DNA of 64,000 nt from Paracoccaceae bacterium (GTDB taxonomy: Bacteria; Pseudomonadota; Alphaproteobacteria; Rhodobacterales; Rhodobacteraceae), in NCBI GenBank assembly GCA_016936395.1, contig JAFGXY010000042.1, forward strand, positions 13,001-77,000, read 5' to 3'. The translations under genes were made by a program, and so were the position numbers. Positions 18,097 to 28,247 of this stretch are shown here, piece after piece. Each line of letters starts with the position of its first letter. The stretch's first letter is position 1. The notes below the pieces were generated by a model. It was not told the DNA's origin. It saw nothing but the letters and a program-made list of their open reading frames with translations, and searched no databases.

Positions 18097-19347
18097 TCAG
18101 GGCGCGCGCAGCACGGCAATGAAAAAGCCGTCCATCCCGCCAGTGTTGCCCCACAGGTCGGGCCGCAACCGCAACCCGCCTTGGGGGGTGATCCACGCCG
18201 GGTCGATCCATGGAGCATCCGGGCGCTGCACCGTCAGCGACGGGTGACGCACCAGCGCGCGCGCCAGTTGATCTTCCCCCTCGGCCGGCAGCAATGAACA
18301 GGTGCAGAACACCAGCCGACCGCCGGGCTTCAGCCAGCCCAGCGCCCGGTCCAGAAGTGCCGCTTGCAGCGCGACCAGACCGTCGATTTCCGACCCGTCC
18401 TTCACAAACGGCAGATCCGGGTGCCGTCGCAGGGTGCCGCTGGCTGAACAGGGTGCATCCAGCAGAATGGCGTCAAAGGCGGCCTCGGGCTGCCAATGCA
18501 GCGCATCGCCCACCAGCAGACGGGCGCCCAGCCCGGTGCGGGTCAGGTTTTCCTGCACCCGCGCCATGCGGGGGGCCGAGATATCCAGTGCGGTGACCGT
18601 GGCCCCGGCATCGGCCAATTGCAGCGTCTTGCCCCCCGGAGCGGCGCACAGATCCAGCACGTCTTCGCCGGTTTGTGGGGCCAGCAGCCGCACCGCCATG
18701 GCGGCGGCGGCATCCTGCACCCACCAGTCGCCGGTGTCATAGCCCGGCAGATGGGTGATCTGCCCCGGCGCAGCCAGCCGGATACTGCCCGATGGCAAGG
18801 CAATACCTTCGGGCACCGTCACCGCCCCTGCCTTGGGCGTCACATCCACCGGCGGGGTTTGCGCCTGCACCGCTTCAATCGCCGCCACCACCTCGCGGCC
18901 ATGGGCATGCACCAAGGGCTGGCGCAACCACCGTGGCATCAGCGGCGCGGGCAGTGCTGCCAGGCCGACCGGGTCGGGCACTGCGCGCAGCACCGCGTTC
19001 ACCAGCCCCGACAGATGCTGCGTGCGCCGGCCCTTGCGGGTCAGCGCCACCGCCTCATTCACCACGCCGTAGGGCGCAGCCCCGCCGTCAATTTCGGCCA
19101 CCGCCAGCCGCAGGATGTTCAGCACCGCCAGCGGCGGTGCCTTGCGCAACAGCGGCTTCAGCACCCGGTCGATCCGCTCCAACTGTCGCAAGACCTGCCC
19201 CGCCAGACGTTCGGCCCGCGCCCGGTCCGGCCCCGACAGCCCATCGGGCGGCGAAAGCTGCGACAGCATCTGCCCGTCACCCAGCACCGCGTTCAGCAAC
19301 CCCACGGCGGCTTCGCGTGCGCTGACAGTTTCCGTTCCGGCCTTCAT
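18097..19347 (-). CDS. rsmB: 16S rRNA (cytosine-C5)-methyltransferase RsmB/Sun family
   Basis: 416 aa with an N-terminal NusB-like region, the SAM motif VLDLCAAPGGKT, and the catalytic segments DAILLDAPCSASGTLRRHPD and FCTCSL. Confidence 0.88.
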   Translation of the reverse strand: MKAGTETVSAREAAVGLLNAVLGDGQMLSQLSPPDGLSGPDRARAERLAGQVLRQLERIDRVLKPLLRKAPPLAVLNILRLAVAEIDGGAAPYGVVNEAVALTRKGRRTQHLSGLVNAVLRAVPDPVGLAALPAPLMPRWLRQPLVHAHGREVVAAIEAVQAQTPPVDVTPKAGAVTVPEGIALPSGSIRLAAPGQITHLPGYDTGDWWVQDAAAAMAVRLLAPQTGEDVLDLCAAPGGKTLQLADAGATVTALDISAPRMARVQENLTRTGLGARLLVGDALHWQPEAAFDAILLDAPCSASGTLRRHPDLPFVKDGSEIDGLVALQAALLDRALGWLKPGGRLVFCTCSLLPAEGEDQLARALVRHPSLTVQRPDAPWIDPAWITPQGGLRLRPDLWGNTGGMDGFFIAVLRAP

Positions 19348-19419
19348 GCTGCGACGCCCCTGCTGCTTGTCTTGCTGGACACGGGCCGTATATCAATTGT
19401 AACCCACAGGAAAGCCACC

Positions 19420-19602
19420 ATGACCGATGATCCAGACCACAAAGACCTGCCGCCCGAGGCCATCCGCGCCCTTGCCGAAGCCGCAGAGCGTAGGCGCAAC
19501 GCGCAAGCCGTGACGCTGCCGCCCGAGCTGGGTGGCCGCAAAGGGCCCGAGCCGGTGCGTTACGGCGATTGGGAGAAGAAGGGGATCGCGATCGACTTCT
19601 AG
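19420..19602 (+). CDS. DUF1674 (SDHAF4-like) small protein
   Basis: 60-aa tail of track ORF 18496..19602: MTDDPDHKDLPPEAIRALAEA...VRYGDWEKKGIAIDF. An AGGAAAG-type RBS lies upstream. Confidence 0.75.
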   Translation: MTDDPDHKDLPPEAIRALAEAAERRRNAQAVTLPPELGGRKGPEPVRYGDWEKKGIAIDF

Positions 19603-19605
19603 GGC

Positions 19606-19968
19606 CTAGCGCAGCCGGAACGACGCCGATTTGCCCCTGCCCTGATCGACCGTAAAGCGCAACTCGCGGTCACCATTGGCCTCGACCAACTGGCAGTTGC
19701 GCGGGATGGCATAGCCGCTCCAATCCATGTCCCGGCAGAAATAGCCGTTCTCCCAGTTCCACTTGCCGGTGATGCCCCAGCCTAGGGCCGTGCCGGAAAT
19801 CCGGCCATCGGGAAGGACCTTCAGTGTCAGGTTATACAACCCGATCCGCAATTCCTTGCCGTCGATCAGGCTCAGGAACCGGCCCTTGTCGCGGATCGGT
19901 TCAAACCCGTTGGCATGGGCGAAGGCCGGCACACAGGCAAGGCAGACGGCAAAGACAATGGCACGCAT
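19606..19968 (-). CDS. hypothetical secreted protein
   Basis: 120 aa with signal peptide MRAIVFAVCLACVPAFAHA and two Cys pairs. I recognised no family. Confidence 0.65.
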   Translation of the reverse strand: MRAIVFAVCLACVPAFAHANGFEPIRDKGRFLSLIDGKELRIGLYNLTLKVLPDGRISGTALGWGITGKWNWENGYFCRDMDWSGYAIPRNCQLVEANGDRELRFTVDQGRGKSASFRLR

Positions 19969-20037
19969 TTCAGCCCCCGGTTCTGGTTGATCCGGGCTTA
20001 TACGCGGCAGGGCAGGATTTGGTTCACTGCCCCCGGA

Positions 20038-20847
20038 TCACAAACCCAAGACATCCATCATGTCATACTGCCCCGGCTTCTGGCCCTGTCCCCACAGCAC
20101 CGCCCGCAGCGCGCCACGGGCGAAAATTGCGCGGTCGGTGGCGATGTGGCGCAGAACGATGCGCTCGCCATCGGCGGCAAAGATCACGTCATGCTCACCC
20201 ACGATGTCGCCACCGCGAATGGCACTGAAACCGATGCTGCCCCGCGCCCGCGCCCCGGTGATGCCATCGCGCCCCGATACCATGGCCTGATCCAGCGCCA
20301 CGCCGCGCCCGTCGGCGGCAGCCTGCCCCAGCATCAGCGCAGTGCCCGAGGGCGCATCGACCTTCATCCGATGATGCGCCTCGACCACCTCGATGTCCCA
20401 ATCGGCATCCAGCGCCTGCGCCACCTTTCGCGTCAGCCGCACCAGAAGGTTGACCCCAAGGCTCATGTTGCCCGCGCGCACGATCACCGCATGGCGCGCG
20501 GCGGCCTCGATCCGGGCCAGATCGCCCGGTTCAAGCCCGGTGGTGCCGATCACATGCACCGCGCGGGCCTGTGCGGCCAGTGCCGCAAATTCCACAGTCG
20601 CGGCGGGGGCGGTGAAGTCGATCACGCCCTGCGCCCGGGCAAACGCCTCCAGCGGGTCATCGGTCACGGTCACGCCAAGATCGGCCCCACCCATGCAGGC
20701 CCCCACATCGCGGCCCAGCCACGGATGGCCTTCGCGTTCGATACAGGCGACCAGCCGCGCCTTCTCGGACGCCGCAACCATGCGGATCAACATCTGCCCC
20801 ATCCGGCCCGAGGCCCCGGTGACAACAATTCCCGGCAAAGCATGCAT
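20038..20847 (-). CDS. dapB: 4-hydroxy-tetrahydrodipicolinate reductase
   Basis: Track ORF 20038..21612 trimmed to [18 protein letters not shown]. It carries the [15 protein letters not shown] motif and is 269 aa. Confidence 0.93.
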   Translation of the reverse strand: MHALPGIVVTGASGRMGQMLIRMVAASEKARLVACIEREGHPWLGRDVGACMGGADLGVTVTDDPLEAFARAQGVIDFTAPAATVEFAALAAQARAVHVIGTTGLEPGDLARIEAAARHAVIVRAGNMSLGVNLLVRLTRKVAQALDADWDIEVVEAHHRMKVDAPSGTALMLGQAAADGRGVALDQAMVSGRDGITGARARGSIGFSAIRGGDIVGEHDVIFAADGERIVLRHIATDRAIFARGALRAVLWGQGQKPGQYDMMDVLGL

Positions 20848-20946
20848 GATGGCCCCCTGTCCTGTGCAGGCGCGGTTTAGCGCGTTGCGGCCCCGTGCAA
20901 AAGCCCGCCGTTGCGGGAGGCGCAAAAACAGCTTACATGGCAGCGC

Positions 20947-21378
20947 ATGTCGAACAAACGCACCTCTTCGGGCGAAGGCCCCAATCACCGCCAGCTTCGG
21001 GTGGGCGAACTGATCCGCCGGACCTTGGCCGATGTGCTGAACCGGGCCGAGATTCACGACCCCGATCTGAATCGCATGTCGATCACGGTGGGCGAGGTAT
21101 CGTGCTCGACCGACCTCAAGGTGGCGACGGTCTATGTCATGCCGCTGATGGGTTCGGTGCCGGTGGAAGATGCAATTGCCGCCCTTGCCCGCAACAAGGC
21201 CGAGTTGCGACACCGGGTTGCGTCGCAGCTGACGCTGAAATACGCTCCCGACCTGCGCTTTCGCCCGGATGAGACCTTTGACCGGCTGGACGAAACACGC
21301 CGCCTGTTTGCCGACCCTGCCGTGGTGCGCGACCTTGCGGCAGGCCCGGACGATGCGTCCGATGCCAAGGACGATTGA
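20947..21378 (+). CDS. rbfA: ribosome-binding factor A
   Basis: Trimmed to [31 protein letters not shown]...ATVYV...[10 protein letters not shown], a typical RbfA KH-like core. Confidence 0.9.
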   Translation: MSNKRTSSGEGPNHRQLRVGELIRRTLADVLNRAEIHDPDLNRMSITVGEVSCSTDLKVATVYVMPLMGSVPVEDAIAALARNKAELRHRVASQLTLKYAPDLRFRPDETFDRLDETRRLFADPAVVRDLAAGPDDASDAKDD

Positions 21379-21379
21379 C

Positions 21380-22105
21380 ATGCGTGTGCTGGTGGCCCTC
21401 TGCGCCGCCCTGCTGCCGCAGGCGGTGGCGGCAAGCATATGCCGCGACCTGACGTTTGACGGTGTGTCCGTCACCACCTGCGAAGTGTCGGCGACCGAAG
21501 ACCTGCGCCTGTTCCATTCCGGCCCAAACGGTCCACTGCGCAGCTTTGCGGCGGTGAATGAGGCTTTGGCGGCTGAAGGCAAGACGCTGGGCTTTGCGAT
21601 GAACGCAGGCATGTATCACGACGACCGCGCGCCCGTGGGGCTGTATCGCGAGGCCGGACGGGATCTGTCGCCGTTGGTTACCAGCGATGGTCCGGGCAAT
21701 TTCGGCCTGCTGCCCAACGGCGTCTTCTGTATCGGCAAACGGTTCGCCGTGGTGGAAAGCCGGGCCTATGCGGCGGCGCCGCCGGCCTGCGACGATGCCA
21801 CCCAATCCGGGCCGATGCTGGTGATCAAGGGCAAGTTGCACCCGCGCTTTTTGCCCGGCAGTGACAGCCTGTATATCCGCAACGGCGTAGGCGTCAGCGC
21901 CGATGGCAGCCGCGCGGTGTTCGCCATCACCAACCAGCCAGTGAACTTTCACCACTTCGCACGGCTGTTTCGCGATGGGCTGGGGCTGCCCGATGCGCTG
22001 TATTTCGATGGCAAGATCTCGCGGCTTTATGCGCCCGCCGTGGGCCGCAATGACATTGGCTTTGCCCTTGGGCCGATGGTTGGCACGGTCGTGGACAAGG
22101 AGTGA
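21380..22105 (+). CDS. phosphodiester glycosidase (DUF2233) family protein, secreted
   Basis: Trimmed to [18 protein letters not shown] (signal peptide). It contains [18 protein letters not shown] and [12 protein letters not shown] segments. Confidence 0.8.
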   Translation: MRVLVALCAALLPQAVAASICRDLTFDGVSVTTCEVSATEDLRLFHSGPNGPLRSFAAVNEALAAEGKTLGFAMNAGMYHDDRAPVGLYREAGRDLSPLVTSDGPGNFGLLPNGVFCIGKRFAVVESRAYAAAPPACDDATQSGPMLVIKGKLHPRFLPGSDSLYIRNGVGVSADGSRAVFAITNQPVNFHHFARLFRDGLGLPDALYFDGKISRLYAPAVGRNDIGFALGPMVGTVVDKE

Positions 22106-22109
22106 CGGC

Positions 22110-23015
22110 ATGGGCCGCGTGAAAAAGGGCCGGGCCGTGCATGGCTGGGTCATCATCGACAAACCCCCCGGGATCGGGTCAACCACCATCGTGAACAAGG
22201 TGAAATGGGCGTTTCAGGCGCAAAAGGCTGGCCACGCCGGCACGCTTGACCCCGATGCCACCGGGGTTCTGGCAGTGGCCTTGGGCGAGGCGACAAAGAC
22301 CGTGCCTTTCGTGACCGACAGCCTGAAATGCTATCGCTTTCGCGTGGCCTTCGGCGCGGCCACCAGCACCGATGACGCGTCAGGCGTGGTGCTGGACACA
22401 AGCGAGGCCCGCCCGAGCGATGATCAGATCGAAGCTGCACTGACCGCCTTTCGCGGCGATATCTTCCAGGTGCCGCCGCAGGTCTCGGCAGTGAAGGTCG
22501 AGGGCGAGCGCGCCTATGATCTGGCGCGCGAAGGCATCGCGATGGACCTGATCGCCCGCCCGCTGTGGGTGGAACGGCTGGCCGTGCTGGCCCGGCCCGA
22601 TGCCGACCATGTCGATCTGGAGATGGTCTGCGGCAAGGGCGGTTACGTGCGGTCGATTGCCCGCGATCTGGGGCGGGCTCTGGGCTGCCTTGGCCATGTG
22701 GCGTGGCTGCGCCGTGAATGGTCCGGCCCGTTTGACGCGACGGGTGCGGTAACGATGGAAGACATCGAACGCCTGGCCCGGACCGAGGCGATTGACAGCC
22801 TCTTGCGCCCGCTGGAGCTGGGCCTGACCGACCTGCCGGAACTGCCCGCCACGCCGGAAGGCGCGGCAAGGCTGCGCAACGGCAACCCCGGTATGGTGAT
22901 GGCGTCCAGCGTGGGATGGGGCGACGAGGCCTGGGCCAGCCATCAGGGCCGTGCTGTGGCGGTGGGGGTCTACAAGGCGGGCGAGTTGCATCCCAGTCGG
23001 GTGTTCAATCTTTAG
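22110..23015 (+). CDS. truB: tRNA pseudouridine(55) synthase
   Basis: Trimmed to [26 protein letters not shown]...[14 protein letters not shown], which includes the catalytic Asp motif. Confidence 0.94.
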   Translation: MGRVKKGRAVHGWVIIDKPPGIGSTTIVNKVKWAFQAQKAGHAGTLDPDATGVLAVALGEATKTVPFVTDSLKCYRFRVAFGAATSTDDASGVVLDTSEARPSDDQIEAALTAFRGDIFQVPPQVSAVKVEGERAYDLAREGIAMDLIARPLWVERLAVLARPDADHVDLEMVCGKGGYVRSIARDLGRALGCLGHVAWLRREWSGPFDATGAVTMEDIERLARTEAIDSLLRPLELGLTDLPELPATPEGAARLRNGNPGMVMASSVGWGDEAWASHQGRAVAVGVYKAGELHPSRVFNL

Positions 23016-23022
23016 CACAGGG

Positions 23023-23057
23023 GCCGGCCTGCGGGGCATCGAGCCCCGCAGGCCGGC
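23023..23057 (+). terminator. strong GC hairpin downstream of truB
   Basis: GCCGGCCTGCGGGGC-atcga-GCCCCGCAGGCCGGC is a 15-bp perfect stem starting 8 nt after the truB stop. The U-tract is only weak (GTT). Confidence 0.6.
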
Positions 23058-23152
23058 GTTGCCACGGATGGCATAGCAGGGCGGATCGCGGGTGGACATG
23101 TCGATGCCTCCGGCGGGAGTATTTCGGAAAGCAGCAAGGCAAAGGGTCCGGC

Positions 23153-23665
23153 ATGGTGGTTCGGCGGCATCTGAAAGGCGATGCACAATCAGAGGCGGTG
23201 TATTCACCCTGCGAACGCTATCGCTATCTGCTGACGCGGGTCTGGGACACTGCGGGCCAGAGAGCGCTGTTTGTGATGCTGAACCCGTCGACCGCAACCG
23301 AGGTGCAGAACGATCCGACGGTGGAACGCTGTGAGCGGCGGGCGCGGGCCTTGGGCTTTGGCGCGTTTCGGGTGGTGAACATCTTTGCCTTCCGTGCCAC
23401 CGACCCAAGGGTGATGCGGGCCGAGTCAGACCCGGTGGGGCCCGGCAATGACACGGCGATTCTGGCCAGCGTGCTGGATTGGCGGCCTGACCGTGTTGTC
23501 TGCGCCTGGGGCGCGCATGGGGCGCATCTGAGACGCGGCATCGCGGTTGAGGCCCTGCTGCGTGGCACGGGGCAACCGCTGTGGCACCTTGGGCTGACGG
23601 CTGCCGGGCAGCCAAAGCATCCGCTTTACATAGGCTATGCCCGGCAGCCGGAGCTTTGGGTCTGA
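23153..23665 (+). CDS. DUF1643 domain protein
   Basis: Trimmed to MVVRRHLKGDAQSEAVYSPCERYRYLLTRVWD...ALFVMLNPSTA...RVVNIFAFRATDP...HPLY, the pattern I associate with DUF1643. Confidence 0.75.
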   Translation: MVVRRHLKGDAQSEAVYSPCERYRYLLTRVWDTAGQRALFVMLNPSTATEVQNDPTVERCERRARALGFGAFRVVNIFAFRATDPRVMRAESDPVGPGNDTAILASVLDWRPDRVVCAWGAHGAHLRRGIAVEALLRGTGQPLWHLGLTAAGQPKHPLYIGYARQPELWV

Positions 23666-23991
23666 GCCTGCGTTCACGTCGCCGGGTTCTGACCGCGGCC
23701 AAGGATGCTGTGGCCCGTTTCAGTTTCACCGCGAAAGACGAACGGCGACCGGAGCTGCGATCTGGCGGATGGCGCAGGTCGGAACGCAGAAGCCCCGTAG
23801 CCCCCCTGGTCAAGGCATGTGGGATCCGTTCCTGATCAACAGGCATCTTCAAGGGTTGCCACGTCTTTTGCCGATTCGCGTGGTTTGGCCGCACAGCGGG
23901 CAGCAGGCGGTGACTCGCATCATAAACTTTAGGTGCGTTGACGATTCTGTTTTTCACCGCCACGCTGAAAAGACTAGGGGGGGGAAATACC

Positions 23992-24291
23992 ATGTGCCAA
24001 ATGTTCGCAGGGCAGAATCCTGCCCGCTATGAATACGTCACCCGCCGTTTACGACTGAACGGGCAATCCACCAGCATCCGGTTGGAGCGGGCCTTCTGGG
24101 GGATCCTTGACCAGATGGCCGAGAAGGATGGATGCACAACACCGGCATTCCTGTCGAAACTGCACTCTGAAGTGCTTGAACAACATGGTGAAACCACCAA
24201 TTTCACCTCGCTTTTGCGCTGTGCGTGCATGATCCATCTGGGTGAGCTGGATCAGGTTCCGCAGTCGCCCGGTCGCATTGCTGCCGAATAG
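23992..24291 (+). CDS. ribbon-helix-helix (RHH_4-like) domain protein
   Basis: Trimmed to MCQMFAGQNPARYEYVTRRLRLNGQSTSIRLERAFWGILDQMA... An AGGGGGGGG RBS lies 7 nt upstream. Confidence 0.72.
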   Translation: MCQMFAGQNPARYEYVTRRLRLNGQSTSIRLERAFWGILDQMAEKDGCTTPAFLSKLHSEVLEQHGETTNFTSLLRCACMIHLGELDQVPQSPGRIAAE

Positions 24292-24380
24292 GCAGAAAAT
24301 GCCAGTGTAGTATTCGGCTACTACCTGCCCTTGAAATTGGTCCGATAACCTTACCAAAGCCGCGCATGCTTGGGGGGGAG

Positions 24381-24776
24381 ATGGCCAAGGCGATACACTT
24401 GATGATCCGCGTGCTGGATGAGTCACGATCCGTCGCGTTCTACGGCGAGGCTTTCGGGTTGAAGGTTGCGGATCGGCTGGACTTTGAAGGTTTCACGCTG
24501 GTCTATCTGTCGAATTCCGAAAGCGGGTTTGAGCTGGAACTGACCGTCAACAAGGGACGGACCGAACCCTACAGCCTGGGCGACGGTTATGGTCATTTTG
24601 CGGTGTCGGTGTCGGATGTCGAGGCCGAACACGCCCGGCTGACAGCGGCGGGGTTGGCGCCACGCAAGGTGGTTGATTTTCAGAACAATGGTCTGCGGGT
24701 GGCGAAGTTCTTCTTTGTCGCTGATCCCGACGGGTATCAGATCGAGGTTCTGCAAAGGGCCGGGCGTTTCATGTAA
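24381..24776 (+). CDS. VOC family protein (glyoxalase I-like)
   Basis: Trimmed to MAKAIHLMIRVLDESRSVAFYGEAFGL...LELTVN...GYGHFAV...DPDGYQIEV. A GGGGGAG RBS lies upstream. Confidence 0.82.
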   Translation: MAKAIHLMIRVLDESRSVAFYGEAFGLKVADRLDFEGFTLVYLSNSESGFELELTVNKGRTEPYSLGDGYGHFAVSVSDVEAEHARLTAAGLAPRKVVDFQNNGLRVAKFFFVADPDGYQIEVLQRAGRFM

Positions 24777-24815
24777 GCACCTGGCGAAGTTCATTCTTCT
24801 GGGGAGGAGAGGACG

Positions 24816-25334
24816 ATGAAGGTTGAAGAAACGGGCCTGACGCGCCGGGCATTGCTTGGGAGGGCAGTTGCCGCGGGCGCGATGGCCGTGACGGGCGCGG
24901 GGTTCATAGCCGCGCCCGATGCCGCCCGGGCGATGGAGGTGTCAGTGGTCTCGCCCGCGCAGATGGCCACCTTGATGCAGATGGCGCGAGATGTCTATCC
25001 ACACGATCAAGTGCCGGACCGATTCTATGCCGTGTCTGTGAAAGGCTATGATGCCGAAGATAAAAAGACACTGATCGACACTGGCATCGCAGACCTGGAC
25101 GCTGCGGCCCGGGCGCAGGGCCATGCCGACTATCTGTCCATCGGTTGGGAGGAAGACCGGGTCAAGGTTTTGCAAGCAGTCGAGCAATCGGTGTTCTTCC
25201 AGACCATCCGGGCCGGATTGGTGACGGGTCTCTACAACCAGAAAGATATCTGGCCGATCTTTGGCTATGAAGGCGAGTCCTTCAGCCAGGGCGGCTATAT
25301 CGACCACGGTTTTGACGACATCGACTGGCTTTGA
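24816..25334 (+). CDS. gluconate 2-dehydrogenase subunit 3-like small subunit (Tat signal)
   Basis: 172 aa with the twin-arginine signal TRRALLGRAVAAGAMAVTGAG. An AGGAGAGGA RBS lies upstream. Confidence 0.82.
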   Translation: MKVEETGLTRRALLGRAVAAGAMAVTGAGFIAAPDAARAMEVSVVSPAQMATLMQMARDVYPHDQVPDRFYAVSVKGYDAEDKKTLIDTGIADLDAAARAQGHADYLSIGWEEDRVKVLQAVEQSVFFQTIRAGLVTGLYNQKDIWPIFGYEGESFSQGGYIDHGFDDIDWL

Positions 25335-25347
25335 GGGAGGGCGGCAG

Positions 25348-26913
25348 ATGGCAACGTTTGATCTGAACGACGACTCTGTGGTCGTCATCATCGGCACCGG
25401 CGCGGGCGGCGGGGTCTTGGCCAACGAATTGGCGCAAAAGGGCATCAAGGTCGTCGCACTTGAGGCGGGCGGGCGCTACCTTCCGGCAGACTTCGTCAAC
25501 GATGAATGGGACAGTTTCGCCCAGTTGGCGTGGCTGGACACCCGCACCACCAGCGGTGACTGGCGGATCGCCAAGGACTTTTCCGGCCTGCCCGCATGGA
25601 TCGTCAAGGCCGTAGGCGGCACGACAACCCATTGGGCGGGCGCGTCGATCCGGTTTCAGGACCACGAATGGAAGGCGCTCAGCACCTATGGCGCGGTGGA
25701 CGGCGCGAACCTGCTGGACTGGCCCATTGATGGCGCGGAAATGGCGCCGTGGTATGACAAGGCCGAAGCCAAGCTGGGCGTGACCCGCACCGGCGACCGG
25801 CCGGGTTTGCCGGGCAGCAACAATTACAAGGTCTTCGAAAAAGGCGCCGAGGCGCTTGGCTACAAGGACGTGCATACCGGCCGGATGGCGATCAACTCGG
25901 TCGAGGCCGATGGCCGGATGGCCTGCCACCAGACGGGGTTTTGCTTTCAGGGCTGCAAGTGGGGCGCGAAATGGTCAGCCGCCTATACCGATATTCCGGC
26001 GGGCGAGGCGACGGGAAATCTGGAAGTGCGCGACCGCAGCCACGTGGCCCGCATCCTGCACGATGATGCGGGAAAGGTGACGGGCGTCGAATACTTTGAT
26101 GCGCAGGGCATCCTTCAGATGCAAAAGGCCCGGATCGTGGCCGTTGCGGGCAACAGCATTGAAAGCCCATGTCTGCTGCTGAACTCGGCCTCCAGCCTGT
26201 TTCCCGACGGTCTGGCAAATTCGTCGGGCATGGTCGGCAAGAATTACATGCGCCACACCACGGGGTCGGTCTATGCGATCTTCGACAAACCGGTTCGGAT
26301 GTGGCGCGGCACCACCATGGCCGGGATCGTGCAGGATGAATCCCGCCACGATCCGTCACGCGGCTTTGTCGGCGGCTATGAGCTGGAGACGCTGTCGCTG
26401 GGCCTGCCGTTCATGGCGGCCTTCCTGAACCCGGGCGGCTGGGGGCGCGGCTTTACCACGGCGCTGGATCATTACGAAAACATGGCCGGTCTGTGGATCG
26501 TGGGCGAAGATATGCCGCAGCTTGGCAATGGCGTGACGCTGTCTGACGCCAAGGATCAGCACGGCCTGCCGGTGGCCAATGTGCATTTCGATGAACATCC
26601 CAATGACATCGCCATGCGCAACAACGCCTACAAGCAAGGCATCGCGATGTATGAGGCGGTGGGGGCCACACGGGCCTTCCCGACCCCGCCCTACCCTTCC
26701 ACCCACAACCTTGGGACCAACCGCATGTCGGAACGTCCCGAAGATGGCGTTGTCAACAAATGGGGTCAAAGCCATGACATCGCCAATCTGTTTGTTTCGG
26801 ACGGCAGCCAGTTCACCACCGGTGCCGCCGAAAATCCGACACTGACGATCGTCGCGCTTGCCATCCGGCAGGCCGACCACATCGCCGGTGAAATGAGCCG
26901 CGGCACGATCTGA
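25348..26913 (+). CDS. GMC family FAD-dependent oxidoreductase (large subunit, no signal peptide)
   Basis: Trimmed to MATFDLNDDSVVVIIGTGAGGGVLANELA, an immediate GxGxxG fold. A GAGGGAGGG RBS lies upstream. 521 aa. Confidence 0.9.
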   Translation: MATFDLNDDSVVVIIGTGAGGGVLANELAQKGIKVVALEAGGRYLPADFVNDEWDSFAQLAWLDTRTTSGDWRIAKDFSGLPAWIVKAVGGTTTHWAGASIRFQDHEWKALSTYGAVDGANLLDWPIDGAEMAPWYDKAEAKLGVTRTGDRPGLPGSNNYKVFEKGAEALGYKDVHTGRMAINSVEADGRMACHQTGFCFQGCKWGAKWSAAYTDIPAGEATGNLEVRDRSHVARILHDDAGKVTGVEYFDAQGILQMQKARIVAVAGNSIESPCLLLNSASSLFPDGLANSSGMVGKNYMRHTTGSVYAIFDKPVRMWRGTTMAGIVQDESRHDPSRGFVGGYELETLSLGLPFMAAFLNPGGWGRGFTTALDHYENMAGLWIVGEDMPQLGNGVTLSDAKDQHGLPVANVHFDEHPNDIAMRNNAYKQGIAMYEAVGATRAFPTPPYPSTHNLGTNRMSERPEDGVVNKWGQSHDIANLFVSDGSQFTTGAAENPTLTIVALAIRQADHIAGEMSRGTI

Positions 26914-26984
26914 TCACGGTTGCGATGGACGGGCGTCAGAGGAGGAGGCCCGTCCAGAGAACGACAAACCCCAGGGAGGATACG

Positions 26985-28247
26985 ATGACGTCTAGACTTT
27001 TTGCAGGCCTTGCGCTGTCCACGGCGCTGTGCGGACCACTTGCTGCACAAGACAACATGGACAAGCTGACAAACATGCAGCGCACCGATGCTACCTTCAC
27101 GATGATCGACCAGACCGGCCCGACGGCCGAGGCTTTGCAGGCCATCGTTCCGCATATCAAGGTGCCCGCAGGATTTGAGGCCAGCCTTTACGCGGTCGTG
27201 CCCGATGCGCGGTCGATGGCGGTCGCACCACAGGGCACGGTGGTCTTTGTCGGCACCCGCAAGGACAAGGTCTGGTCCGTGGTGGACCGTGACCGCAACC
27301 GGGTGGCCGATCAGGTGATGGATTTTGCGCCCTCGATCACCTTTGATATTCCGAATGGCCCGTGTTTTTCGCGCGACGGATTCCTGTATATCGCCGAACG
27401 CAACCGCGTGCTGGTGTTCCCGGCTGCCGAGTTCTTCTTTGAAGGCCCGGACCCTGCGGTGGGCGAGGTGGTCAAAAAGGGCGAGTTGATCCCGGCCGAG
27501 GAAGAAAGCTTCAACCACACCGCGCGGGTCTGCCGTGTTGGTCCGGATGGCAAGCTGTATATCTCGCTGGGTCAGCCGCACAACGTGCAACCGCTCGACA
27601 AGCTTGAGATGTATGACAAGCTTGGGATCGGCGGCATCATCCGGATCAACACCGATGGCACCGGACGCGAGGTGTTTACCCGTGGTGTGCGCAACTCGGT
27701 TGGCCACGACTTCAACCCTGCCAATGGCGATCTGTGGTGGACCGACAACCAGACCGACGGTTTGGGCGATGACATACCCCCCGGCGAATTGAACCGCCAG
27801 ACTGCACCGGGCCAGCACTTCGGCTATCCTTGGCTGGGCGGGTCCAGCATTGCCATCCCCGACTATCGCGATGTGCCACGGCCCGAGAACGTGGAGTTCG
27901 TGCCGCCAGCGGTGGAAATGCAGGCCCATGCCGCCGACCTTGGCATGAGCTTTTATCGCGGCAGCTCTTTCCCGGAAGAGTATCGCAATGGCATCTTTTC
28001 GGCCCAGCACGGATCGTGGAACCGCACGGTTCCGGTTGGGGCGCAAGTGATGTTCACCAAGGTTGACGCCGAAGGCAATGCCGCAGGAACCGAGGTCTTT
28101 GCGTCAGGCTGGCTGAACCAGGAAACCGGCGAATACCGGGGTCGGCCGATGGACATTGCCTTCCTGCCCGATGGGTCGATGCTGGTGTCTGACGATTTCG
28201 CCGGTGCGATCTGGCGGATTGCCTATGTGGGCACTGCGACCGAATGA
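26985..28247 (+). CDS. PQQ-dependent sugar / sorbosone dehydrogenase family beta-propeller, periplasmic
   Basis: Trimmed to MTSRLFAGLALSTALCGPLAA (signal peptide). It contains GRPMDIAFLPDGSMLVSDD and NSVGHDFNP..GDLWWTDN segments typical of the soluble glucose/sorbosone dehydrogenase fold. Confidence 0.82.
   Translation: MTSRLFAGLALSTALCGPLAAQDNMDKLTNMQRTDATFTMIDQTGPTAEALQAIVPHIKVPAGFEASLYAVVPDARSMAVAPQGTVVFVGTRKDKVWSVVDRDRNRVADQVMDFAPSITFDIPNGPCFSRDGFLYIAERNRVLVFPAAEFFFEGPDPAVGEVVKKGELIPAEEESFNHTARVCRVGPDGKLYISLGQPHNVQPLDKLEMYDKLGIGGIIRINTDGTGREVFTRGVRNSVGHDFNPANGDLWWTDNQTDGLGDDIPPGELNRQTAPGQHFGYPWLGGSSIAIPDYRDVPRPENVEFVPPAVEMQAHAADLGMSFYRGSSFPEEYRNGIFSAQHGSWNRTVPVGAQVMFTKVDAEGNAAGTEVFASGWLNQETGEYRGRPMDIAFLPDGSMLVSDDFAGAIWRIAYVGTATE

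Noticed and set aside
19989-20040. Inverted repeat TGATCCGGG ... CCCGGATCA downstream of dapB
   Set aside because: It has a long (about 32-nt) loop, no U-tract and only 9-bp arms of common GC-rich sequence. It is not distinguishable from chance secondary structure.
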